This document shows positions 10,242 through 19,502 of a stretch of 64,000 bases of DNA, one piece after another. A model generated the notes under the pieces. The model was not told the DNA's origin, ran no database searches, and saw nothing but the letters and a program-made list of their open reading frames with translations. Both the position numbers and the translations under genes were made by a program. This DNA comes from Promethearchaeota archaeon (GTDB lineage: Archaea > Asgardarchaeota > Lokiarchaeia > Sigyniarchaeales > SOKP01): positions 32,001 to 96,000 of the forward strand of contig JBHLOI010000002.1 of assembly GCA_048940645.1 (NCBI GenBank), given 5' to 3'. Every line of letters begins with the position of its first letter. The stretch's first letter is position 1.

Positions 10242-10892
10242 GTGGGACTGAAGAAAAAATTGTTCCCTCGAAAAAGTAAAGAAAAAGAAGATTTAATTAT
10301 AAAAGCTAAGTCTCATATCCGACAAATTTCTTTAGCAAATAAAACTTATAATCAGAGATCAGAAATAGCAAGAAAGAATGCGAAAATTGCCTTAAAAAGG
10401 GGAGAACGCGAAAGAGCAAAGAATTATTTAATTCAATTTAAACAATATCAGCGAAAGGTGGACCGAGCAAACAATATAAGGGCAAAAATAGAAAGACAAA
10501 TAGAAGCGATAGAGGAAGGACAAATGATTTCAATGACAGGAGATTTGATGGGTGGAATACGAGATGAGTTAGAAACTATTGCCACGAAAGCGTCTCCTAC
10601 TAAGGTCGCTGAGATTGCGGAAGATTCTGAGGCTTATGTTGCCGAAATAGAAGAATCCGCAGAAATTCTTGCGGGTGATCCCGAAATTGACTTGGCGATT
10701 GACGTCACAGATGATTTGAACCAGCTTGAGACCGAAATGTTGTTAGAACAGGGTGGTCAAATGCCAGAAGTTCCGATTGATGATTTGCAATACATTTCTG
10801 AATTAGATATTGAAGAAGAACCAGAAATCAAAACTAAAGCTAAACTAGAAGATGAAATTGAAAAATTAAGAAAAGAATTAGAAGGCGGATAG
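10242..10892 (+). CDS. Snf7/ESCRT-III family protein (Vps20/32/60-like)
   Basis: Basic helical N-terminal half (AKIALKRGERERAKNYL), acidic C-terminal half with DDLNQLETE, MPEVP (MIM2-like) and a terminal helix. Confidence 0.8.
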   Translation: MGLKKKLFPRKSKEKEDLIIKAKSHIRQISLANKTYNQRSEIARKNAKIALKRGERERAKNYLIQFKQYQRKVDRANNIRAKIERQIEAIEEGQMISMTGDLMGGIRDELETIATKASPTKVAEIAEDSEAYVAEIEESAEILAGDPEIDLAIDVTDDLNQLETEMLLEQGGQMPEVPIDDLQYISELDIEEEPEIKTKAKLEDEIEKLRKELEGG

Positions 10893-10940
10893 AATTTTAT
10901 TGTTCTTCCATTCTTTACTTATCGAAGATTATTGTTAAAA

Positions 10941-13097
10941 TTAACTAAAGTATCTTTTTTTATCAAATTCTCTATTAGATCTCCTTAGAGATTCACTTTC
11001 TCTTATTTCTTCTTCTAAATTTTCGATCTTTCTATCAATTAAATAAATTTCCTTTTGAAGATTTTTAAATGTCCTAAAATAATCAATTTCAGAAATTATC
11101 CCATTATCAAACTTTGAGTCCAATGTTTTTAGAGTTTCTTCAAGGCTATATTTTTCTTTTTCTAATTCGAGCATTTTTTTTCTTTTTATCTTCTCAACTT
11201 TAGATATTCTCTTCTTATGCATATAATTTTCCTGAGATAATGTGTAATCTGGGTTAAATAAATCCGATAAATGATTTTTAGAATATTCCCGATATATTGG
11301 CATCCTATTTTGTTCACTTCTTCTATTATTTAGTTCCATATATAACTCATCGTTAATATTATAATTATATTTATCAATAGGGTTTAATATTGGTGGATTA
11401 TTACGCTGTATTTGTTCTAATTTTCGCATTAAAATGTTTTTTTCATCTAGATCAGCAATATTTCGAATATGTGGATCCTCAAACCTTTCTGAGCGATAAT
11501 TCTGTATTCTGTTTGGATCATAAAAATTTTGGAGAAAGAAGTCATTCTCATTATAATTGGGTGGGAGATATTGCCTTAACGCATTTCCATAATATCTTAT
11601 ATCCCCAGGAGTTTGTATCTGAGAATTTCTTAAATCATAAGGATAAATATTATTCTGATAAAGCGATTGATTTTGAAAATTAGGATTAAAATTTTTATAT
11701 GCTCCTGGAGGTAAAATGGCGGGATTTTGATAAGGGTCAAAATTTTGAGGGTTTCGATTTTGATTTTGATTTTGAACAGAGTTAAATTGGACTTGTTTAA
11801 CAGGATTATATGGATTTTGAATAAAAAGATTATTATTTTTATGCTGGTTATTAAAAGTATTGTTCTGGTGGATAGTATTGTATTTACATTTTAAACTGAA
11901 AAAGGAGTTTATTGCTTCTTCAATATAATTAATTATATCTGAAAAATCTATGTCCATTTCATAAAGATTTTTAGCCGAGTCTTCATCATAGATAACACAC
12001 TCATCAAAGTTTCTAGCTAAGAGGATGTAATCCATAACTTTTGTGAGGACTTTCGGAGGAAGTGTAAATTCATATCTCCCATATTCAAATTCTACATATA
12101 GTTTTTTAAATAGCTTTCCCCTAAGTTTAATTCTAGTTAAATCTTTTACTGGAGCTTTGAAGATTGTTTTTTGTTTTTTCTTAATTTTTCCATACCTTTG
12201 TACGAAAGATAAATCAAAATTTGTTATAAAAAGAATACCTTTATTTTTTTTAAACTTATCATGATTATTTAAGCCATTGGTAAGTTTAGCATAAACTGCA
12301 TATACAGGCTTCTCTTTATCTGCTAGATTAAGATATTTCCTATATGAATTAAAAAGAATATTGATTTTGTCAATAAAGTAGAGATTCTTTTGGATGGGTT
12401 CAACGCTATTAGTTATAGTAATTATATTATTAGTAATAAATTCATTAATAGAGTGGTAATTTGTATTTAAATTTTCAAAAATGCCCTCAATAATCTTTAC
12501 ATTTGAATTTGGTTGAGTATAAATATTAAAAAAATACTCTTTATTAAGAGAAAAATGATGAAAGAGGATGCTAATCTTTTCTAATAAATTTTCCTTAGCA
12601 TAACCAAATAATTTAAACAGAGATAATAGGTCAGATTCCATATTTGGATAATGATGACATCTAATTGGAGGAGCTCTGGCTTTTTCAATTTTTTGTCTTA
12701 ATGTATACAAATTATTAAGGGCATCTCGTAGAGGATCTATAAATGTGCGAGCATTTTTAATAAGATCCAAGAATTTTTTTTCTAATTGTTCCTTTTTTTC
12801 ATAAATATTGATAATTTGATGAGAATGGCATCTAGGACAGGATTTTAATTGTTGGTTTACTAGTTTTACGTTCTCCTTTCCACAATTTTTACAGACTTTC
12901 TTTTTTCCTGAATCTAAAATCTCAATATTTTTTGAGTTACAGTCTTGACATACATAAAAATCATATTTTTCTTCATGTAGGCAATCAGAACAACAACTTG
13001 TGCCACATTCTTCACAGTAATAAGCTAACTTAATATTCCTTTGACAGAAACGACAAATTTGTATGTGTTGGTCTGACATTTTTATGATTTGATCCAA
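10941..13097 (-). CDS. Multidomain protein: Cys-rich Zn fingers, helical/coiled-coil region, PH/GRAM-like domain, N/Q/P-rich linker, C-terminal Vps23/TSG101 steadiness-box-like helix pair
   Basis: About six CxxC pairs in aa 15-90; KGILFITNFDLSF...KLYVEFEYGRYEF is PH-like; LEETLKTLDSKFDNGIISEIDYFRTFKNLQKEIY resembles the steadiness box. Confidence 0.55.
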   Translation of the reverse strand: MDQIIKMSDQHIQICRFCQRNIKLAYYCEECGTSCCSDCLHEEKYDFYVCQDCNSKNIEILDSGKKKVCKNCGKENVKLVNQQLKSCPRCHSHQIINIYEKKEQLEKKFLDLIKNARTFIDPLRDALNNLYTLRQKIEKARAPPIRCHHYPNMESDLLSLFKLFGYAKENLLEKISILFHHFSLNKEYFFNIYTQPNSNVKIIEGIFENLNTNYHSINEFITNNIITITNSVEPIQKNLYFIDKINILFNSYRKYLNLADKEKPVYAVYAKLTNGLNNHDKFKKNKGILFITNFDLSFVQRYGKIKKKQKTIFKAPVKDLTRIKLRGKLFKKLYVEFEYGRYEFTLPPKVLTKVMDYILLARNFDECVIYDEDSAKNLYEMDIDFSDIINYIEEAINSFFSLKCKYNTIHQNNTFNNQHKNNNLFIQNPYNPVKQVQFNSVQNQNQNRNPQNFDPYQNPAILPPGAYKNFNPNFQNQSLYQNNIYPYDLRNSQIQTPGDIRYYGNALRQYLPPNYNENDFFLQNFYDPNRIQNYRSERFEDPHIRNIADLDEKNILMRKLEQIQRNNPPILNPIDKYNYNINDELYMELNNRRSEQNRMPIYREYSKNHLSDLFNPDYTLSQENYMHKKRISKVEKIKRKKMLELEKEKYSLEETLKTLDSKFDNGIISEIDYFRTFKNLQKEIYLIDRKIENLEEEIRESESLRRSNREFDKKRYFS

Positions 13098-13285
13098 CCT
13101 AATTCTGAAAAAATTGATTATTAAAACGCTTTATCATAAATAGTAGATTAAAAATACTACTAAAATAGGTATGATATACTTATAATATTCAAATATTATC
13201 TGTAAAAAGCAAAAATCGAAAATAAGACAAAAACATAGAAAGCTAAAAACTTATCTTTAAATTATTATAGAGAGACTATTTGGGT

Positions 13286-13579
13286 TTATTTTATGATCTT
13301 TACTTTTGTCCCGAGAGCTTGTCCGGGTACACCAGCTTTTTTGAAATGGGCTCTTACAGCTCCATTATTTCCATGAGAGCGGGTAATTTTACCTTTTAAT
13401 TCTTTACCGGTTGAAGTGATCCAAACAATAGTTCTTCCAATTAATTTATTTGCTTCTTTCTTAGTTTGTATATTTGGAAAAACTATTATACAGTGTTTAG
13501 GGTGTACTGTGTGGCGTCCTCTTTTGTAGTTAGAGATTGTCCCTTCCATTCCTAAAATTTCTAATTTATTTGAAGTCAA
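13286..13579 (-). CDS. rpl35ae: 50S ribosomal protein L35Ae (eL33)
   Basis: YKRGRHT, GKITRSHGNNGAVRAHF, PGQALG. Confidence 0.95.
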   Translation of the reverse strand: MTSNKLEILGMEGTISNYKRGRHTVHPKHCIIVFPNIQTKKEANKLIGRTIVWITSTGKELKGKITRSHGNNGAVRAHFKKAGVPGQALGTKVKIIK

Positions 13580-13711
13580 AAGAATAACCTAATATCTTGA
13601 AATTATTAAGAAGAATTTTTAAAAAAATAAAAAATTTACGTATCTATAGTCTTGTTTTATTTAGTAATAAAAAAGAAATGTTTTTCTACATCAAATTTTT
13701 AATATAATAAA

Positions 13712-15106
13712 GTGAAAGTAGCTTTTAGTAGAGTTGATATTACTCCGAAAGAGTTCATTGGAAAATCAATGGCAGGTTATACTCGGAAAGACCGTTGCCT
13801 TGGAAAACTAGATGATATTCATGCTTATGGTGTATTAATAGGAAATGATTCATTAAATAAAGAATATCTTTTATTAATTTCTATTGATACTCTTAAAATT
13901 CCACTTTCTATAGGAAATTATTGTAAAAATAAAATCATAACTGCATTTCCGGTATTAAAATTGCATAATGTCATCATCCACGCTACTCATACTCACTCTT
14001 CTTTAGATCTTACAGGAGAGTTCTATTGGCCTGGTGGATTTTTCAAGATTGTTAAAGGGATTATGTTTGGAATGAATAGAAATGATAAATTTATCATCTG
14101 GCTTTCTTATAAAATAGTAAATATGGTTAAAAATTTATTTAATAGTCTCGAATCTTGTAAAATAGCATTAAAAAGTAAAACATTTAATTCTAATATTGTT
14201 ATTAATCGAAGACATCCAGAAAGAAAGGTTCAACCAAACTTAATGATTTTGGTGTTTAAAAATTTACAAACAAACCAATTAAAAGGGATACTTATTAATT
14301 ATGCATGTCATCCTACAACACTTTCCTTTAAAAACAATAAATTATCAGCAGATTATCCAGGTAGGATTATATACAGAATAAGTGAATTATCTAATCATAT
14401 AATATCCACTATATATTTTAATGGCCCTTCTGGTGATTTAAATCCAATAACCACATGTGGAATTGATTTTGAAAAATTATCTCAAGATAAAAGTCTTATT
14501 TATGATCAATTAGGAGATTATAATGATACAATAAGGATTGGAAACTCTATAGCAGAAGAGGCATTAAAATTAGCAAAAAATATTCCCGAATCGGACTTTT
14601 TTGATGATATTAAATTTCAAGTCTTTAAACGCAAATTTTTAGTTCCTATGAAGGATTATAAGTATTTCACAAAAACTTGGTTTATTAATAAGCTTTATTT
14701 TTCAATTAAAAAATATTTTATATTAAAATTTAGTAAAGGGAACATACAAAATGCTAATTTCCCGATATTTTTACTAAGACGTCGGAGATTAAAATTATTT
14801 TGTGAATCTTTGGTTCAATTCATTAAGTTAAAAGCCCAATCAGAGATAAACTCAGTTGAGTTTGGTATTATGACAATACCAGGTGAATTATTTGAAGATA
14901 TTGGAAAAAATTTAATTAAAGTGTCACCTACAAAAGATAACACTCTCATTTTTCAAAATTCCCAGGATTGGATTGGATATTTGTTTCCAATAAAAGAATA
15001 TATTCAAGAGGGAGGCTATGAACCAGTACCCAGCTTTAGTCCCTTATGTGGATATTATGTTTTAAAAGAAATGAAGAATTTATTACATAATTTTGGAAAA
15101 TCCTAA
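13712..15106 (+). CDS. Neutral/alkaline ceramidase-family metallohydrolase
   Basis: DITP...MAGY, HATHTHS, YACHPT, SADYPG, GDLNP, PGELF, GGYE. Confidence 0.8.
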   Translation: MKVAFSRVDITPKEFIGKSMAGYTRKDRCLGKLDDIHAYGVLIGNDSLNKEYLLLISIDTLKIPLSIGNYCKNKIITAFPVLKLHNVIIHATHTHSSLDLTGEFYWPGGFFKIVKGIMFGMNRNDKFIIWLSYKIVNMVKNLFNSLESCKIALKSKTFNSNIVINRRHPERKVQPNLMILVFKNLQTNQLKGILINYACHPTTLSFKNNKLSADYPGRIIYRISELSNHIISTIYFNGPSGDLNPITTCGIDFEKLSQDKSLIYDQLGDYNDTIRIGNSIAEEALKLAKNIPESDFFDDIKFQVFKRKFLVPMKDYKYFTKTWFINKLYFSIKKYFILKFSKGNIQNANFPIFLLRRRRLKLFCESLVQFIKLKAQSEINSVEFGIMTIPGELFEDIGKNLIKVSPTKDNTLIFQNSQDWIGYLFPIKEYIQEGGYEPVPSFSPLCGYYVLKEMKNLLHNFGKS

Positions 15107-15110
15107 ATTA

Positions 15111-16313
15111 TTATTTTATTAATTTTTTAATTTTATTCCAAGTTTCTTGATTTAAAGCTATTATTTGATTTATAAATTTGGTATGATTTTTACTACACTC
15201 TTCGTTTTGAAGCTCTCTTACTTTTCTCAAAACATTATTTTCTATAGTTTTAATAGATTTGAAAAAGTTATTTTTTTCAGATTGGTTTAAAAATTTATCA
15301 TAATCTCTTATCAAGGAAGAATATCTAGTCCAAATCCAATCTGGATTTATTTTGGAATATGGACCAGGTTTTAAATACTCTTGACCTAGAATTGGAAACG
15401 TGTATGGTTTATAAATACTTAAGCAAGGAAGAGTTGTTCCCGTAAACCAGTGAATCGTACAATTATTATCTTTTTGTATTTGGGATACTTGTGAACCAGT
15501 TGATTCGAAATCACCATGCATGCATATTCCTGCTTCATGTTCTCTCAAAAATTCCATCATAATAGCAGGATTAATTTTTCCCTTATTCTTTTGTAATAAA
15601 ATTGTTGATTTTCCTCCTCTAGAAAATTGTGAAGGTGTATTTGGTATATTAGATCCAGTAAATGTAGTAGCAAAATCAAAATCATCATCATCTTTACAAT
15701 AACCTTGTTCAATTGCATGTTGAATTATGCCTTTTCTCCTTATATCTCCTTTTCCTCTGATTGAAAGCCAATTTGAAATAGATCTTACACTTTTCACCTT
15801 TTCTACGATCCACCAATCATCAGCAGTTTCTAAAACATAACCTTCATTTGAATCAGCAATCAGAAATGAATTGTGATACATCCAACTAGAATCATCATAA
15901 GCACAACCTCCACCTTGATGATATTTTTCAAGTAATTCAGTTATTATATATAAAGCTTCTTTGGCGGTTTTACCCCTCTCAAGACCCAAGCGGATTAAAT
16001 CCATACCTAATAAGCCAATATGCCGGAGAGGCTCATAAGAATAAACTGCTTCATTTCCAATAACTACATTATATTCATTACATGCCATCTCTGCGCCCCA
16101 TAACCAAAACGGTTGGTTCATAAGTAAAGCATTTGTTTCAGTTACTTGTGGGATAGAGATATATGTACATTTTACCTCTTCACCTTTAGAATATCTCTTC
16201 CTTGGTGCATATGTGATTAACTGAGCTTCATTATTAGGTCTATCACTATTCTTTCCAAAGATTACACTTCCATCTATAGTTGAATTCCCTAATGCTAGTA
16301 GAGTGTCACACAA
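15111..16313 (-). CDS. Peptidase C69 (secernin/dipeptidase) Ntn-hydrolase, paralog 2
   Basis: N-terminal CDT, FGKNSDR, WGAEM, IGNEA, LLGMDLIRLGLER, YHNSFLIAD. Confidence 0.9.
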   Translation of the reverse strand: MCDTLLALGNSTIDGSVIFGKNSDRPNNEAQLITYAPRKRYSKGEEVKCTYISIPQVTETNALLMNQPFWLWGAEMACNEYNVVIGNEAVYSYEPLRHIGLLGMDLIRLGLERGKTAKEALYIITELLEKYHQGGGCAYDDSSWMYHNSFLIADSNEGYVLETADDWWIVEKVKSVRSISNWLSIRGKGDIRRKGIIQHAIEQGYCKDDDDFDFATTFTGSNIPNTPSQFSRGGKSTILLQKNKGKINPAIMMEFLREHEAGICMHGDFESTGSQVSQIQKDNNCTIHWFTGTTLPCLSIYKPYTFPILGQEYLKPGPYSKINPDWIWTRYSSLIRDYDKFLNQSEKNNFFKSIKTIENNVLRKVRELQNEECSKNHTKFINQIIALNQETWNKIKKLIK

Positions 16314-17504
16314 CTAAATTATCATCCCTAGAGATTTTTTCCAAGCTTGGTTGTTAATTTGAGAAATTTTCTCGACAAATTCATCTCCTAGAAGTTTATC
16401 CTCTCGATTAAATACATCATAAAATTTTCTAATCAAGTCATTTTCAATTGATCTTAATTCTTTAATATATACATCTCTCTCAACATTTTCTTTTAGAGGA
16501 TTTCTCATAAAAGGTTTTATAAAATCAGCATGTCTAATCCAAAACCAATCTGGATTAATTGCGGGGTAAGATTTAGCTTCTAATACCTTTTGACTTTTAA
16601 TTGGAAAAGTATAGGGTTTATATATACTTAAACATGTTAGAAGACTCCCTGTAAACCAATGAATTGATTTTGATTTACCTTTTCTAAGATGAGACACTTG
16701 TGATCCAGCTGTCATGTCTTTTCTTTTGTGTCTACAAATATTTCCTTCATGATCTCTTAGTAAATTCATCATTAAAGCAGGGGTTATTTGTTTTTTATAT
16801 TGACTTAATTGTCGCATAGAACATTCAATATTACTTGGTAATTTTTGGGGACTTGAGAATGTAATTGCAAAATCAAAATCATCATCGTCTTTACAATAAC
16901 CTTTTTCTACAGCATGATCAATTATTCCTTTCCTTCTTATGTCGCCTCTACCCCTAATCGAAACATCATTGGAAACGGACCGAAAATCTTTTACAATTTC
17001 AACGATCCACCAATCACCTGCAGTTTCCAATAAAAAAGCTTCTTGAGGATCTGCTATTATAAACGAGTTATGATAATTATGTCCTGTTAAACTATGTTCA
17101 CCTCCTTGTCCATACACTTCTAATAGATTGGTAATTATATTTAATGCTTCCTTAGCTGATTTTCCACGTTCAAGACCTAATCTTAAAATATCCATGCCTA
17201 ATAAACCTTCTTCATTTAGAGGTTCTTTTGTCATAATTGCTTCATTTCCAATAGATACTCCATATTCATTTGCACCCATCTCAGCCCCAAACATATAGTA
17301 AGGTTGGCTTAAAATAACAGCAGCAGTTTCTGAAACTTGAGGTATCGAAATATGAGTGCATTTTACATTAACTCCTTTTGAATACTTCATTCTAGGTTTA
17401 TATGTTATTAACTGTGCTTCTGAGGAATTTCTATCACTATTTTTACCAAAAATTACATTTTTATCCTTGGATGATTCAGATAAACATACATAAGTATCGC
17501 ACAT
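16314..17504 (-). CDS. Peptidase C69 (secernin/dipeptidase) Ntn-hydrolase, paralog 1
   Basis: MCDT, FGKNSDR, GAEMGANEYGV, LLGMDILRLGLER; clearly paralogous to the adjacent ORF. Confidence 0.9.
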   Translation of the reverse strand: MCDTYVCLSESSKDKNVIFGKNSDRNSSEAQLITYKPRMKYSKGVNVKCTHISIPQVSETAAVILSQPYYMFGAEMGANEYGVSIGNEAIMTKEPLNEEGLLGMDILRLGLERGKSAKEALNIITNLLEVYGQGGEHSLTGHNYHNSFIIADPQEAFLLETAGDWWIVEIVKDFRSVSNDVSIRGRGDIRRKGIIDHAVEKGYCKDDDDFDFAITFSSPQKLPSNIECSMRQLSQYKKQITPALMMNLLRDHEGNICRHKRKDMTAGSQVSHLRKGKSKSIHWFTGSLLTCLSIYKPYTFPIKSQKVLEAKSYPAINPDWFWIRHADFIKPFMRNPLKENVERDVYIKELRSIENDLIRKFYDVFNREDKLLGDEFVEKISQINNQAWKKSLGMII

Positions 17505-17699
17505 AAAATTATGCCCATATTTATTCGGATTTTAAAATTAAAATGACTAAGATTTTAAAAAAATTTTGATTGTATATTTTATAGCAATCTTCATTTTCAA
17601 TTTATAATAAAATGGAATTTGATAATTAAACTTTTTAATTAACTTTTAATTAGAATAAATTTTTAAGATTTTAGTAGCAATTGAAAGAAAGATCTCACT

Positions 17700-19502
17700 T
17701 TGATTAATCAGAGAAAGAAATTATGGATTTTTTCATTTGAATATGCTGGTATTGCCAAAGTTGGAGGATTAGGAGAAGTACCTGCCAATCAAGCAAAACA
17801 TTTAAGCAATTTATATGATATTACTGTATTTTTGCCTTCACATGGACAATTAGATAGATTGAAGCAAAGCTTAGAATATGAAAAGCTACCTTTTGCTTGC
17901 GTTGGAATAATAAATCCTTCTGATTTTGGAGTTATGGAGCCAGAAACTAGATATTCCATTTCATTTTTCAAATTTAAGATGGATAGTGTGAATATTATAC
18001 TTCTTTCAGGAGGAAATTCATTCACAACAAAATTCTTAGATGATAAGTCAGTATATAATCCCGATACAATTAAGGGGAAAATTAATCTTTTTAGCCTTGG
18101 AGTTAAGTGTTTTACTGAATATCTAACTTATTTAAAGAGAGATGATTTGCCCAATATAATTCATTTGCATGATTATCATGTAACCTTACCCTTTATTAGT
18201 ATGAAACAAGTATTAGCTAAAAATGGGTTAGATGTTGCTTCAATACTTACAATTCATTTATTAACATGGCCTCGATTTGAGTTTGAATTTTATAAAGCAT
18301 GCGGTATTGATAATACACCAATAAAAATTCGATTACCTACTGAATTTAAACAGTTAACGTTTACAGAAATATTTACCTTGAATAACGATATAGAAAAAAT
18401 ACCTACTGTAGAAAAGATTGGCGCTATAGTATGCGATATGGTTACAACCGTAAGTGAATCTTATTTAATATCAGATATAATTCCCAATTGCGGTCAAAAT
18501 TTAATTGAATTTAAAGCTGATTTTGTATGGGATGGATGTGATTGGAAATATGAAGAAATTTATTCTAAAATATTACAATTACTAGGAACAGAGATTTATG
18601 AGATATTAAAAATTTCTCATGATACACAAATTGATAGAAATGATTTTAAGAAATACTTGCTTGAATATAAAATTGAAAATTTAATCCAAAGCCCTTTAAT
18701 TAATTCTCAAAAAGTATTAAAGACTATAAATGAAATATCAAATGGTAAAATTTTCATTAGAGATGGGAATATAAAGGGATTTTCGGAAACTGGCCCTTTA
18801 GCTATTACCACAGGTAGGATATCTCCTCAAAAAGGATTTGAAACAATTTTTGAGGCAATACCAAAAGTAGTTGAAGTAATTCCAAATGCAAAATTTTTAT
18901 TTTTAATAATACCAACTGATTACAGTCTTAATGAAATTAAAGTTTATGCTAAATATGTCAAAGATTACCCAAATAATGTAAGAATAGTTTTTGGAGTGGC
19001 TACTGATATTTTTTATCTTGCACACTTAGCGGCAGATGTCTACTGCGCTTTATCCCGTTGGGAACCTTTTGGAATAATGGCTTTAGAGAGTATGGCTTCT
19101 AAAATCCCAATAATTGCCACTAAAGTTGGAGGACTACAAGAAACTATAGTTGATATGAGAATATATCCAGAAATAGGTACAGGCATTTTAATAGAAAAAG
19201 ATAATTCATCTCAATTTGCTAATGCATTAATTTCTCTTTTTAAAGCAGCCGAGGTTAGTGAAAAAGTCAAGGATTCTGAAATTCACACAATTTATGATAC
19301 TCAAATCTTAAAGATTGTTAATCAAATACCTGATGAAATTATAAAATCTAGAGTGTTATTAGATCCAAATTATTATTTTACAATTAAAGAAAACTGTTTT
19401 AAAAGAGTGAAAAATCATTTTACTTGGAAGATAGTTTCTAATAAGCTAATAGATTTGTATTCTGAAATAATCAAATTACATTTAAATGGAGAAAAAGTTT
19501 GA
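17700..19502 (+). CDS. glgA: Glycogen/starch synthase (GT5)
   Basis: AKVGGLGE, IHLHDYH, TTVSESY, GRISPQKG, SRWEPFGIMALE, KVGGL. Confidence 0.88.
   Translation: MINQRKKLWIFSFEYAGIAKVGGLGEVPANQAKHLSNLYDITVFLPSHGQLDRLKQSLEYEKLPFACVGIINPSDFGVMEPETRYSISFFKFKMDSVNIILLSGGNSFTTKFLDDKSVYNPDTIKGKINLFSLGVKCFTEYLTYLKRDDLPNIIHLHDYHVTLPFISMKQVLAKNGLDVASILTIHLLTWPRFEFEFYKACGIDNTPIKIRLPTEFKQLTFTEIFTLNNDIEKIPTVEKIGAIVCDMVTTVSESYLISDIIPNCGQNLIEFKADFVWDGCDWKYEEIYSKILQLLGTEIYEILKISHDTQIDRNDFKKYLLEYKIENLIQSPLINSQKVLKTINEISNGKIFIRDGNIKGFSETGPLAITTGRISPQKGFETIFEAIPKVVEVIPNAKFLFLIIPTDYSLNEIKVYAKYVKDYPNNVRIVFGVATDIFYLAHLAADVYCALSRWEPFGIMALESMASKIPIIATKVGGLQETIVDMRIYPEIGTGILIEKDNSSQFANALISLFKAAEVSEKVKDSEIHTIYDTQILKIVNQIPDEIIKSRVLLDPNYYFTIKENCFKRVKNHFTWKIVSNKLIDLYSEIIKLHLNGEKV

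Noticed and set aside
694-13097. Similar C-termini DKRYF (cold-shock protein) and DKKRYFS (718-aa protein)
   Set aside because: The match is too short and is probably coincidental.
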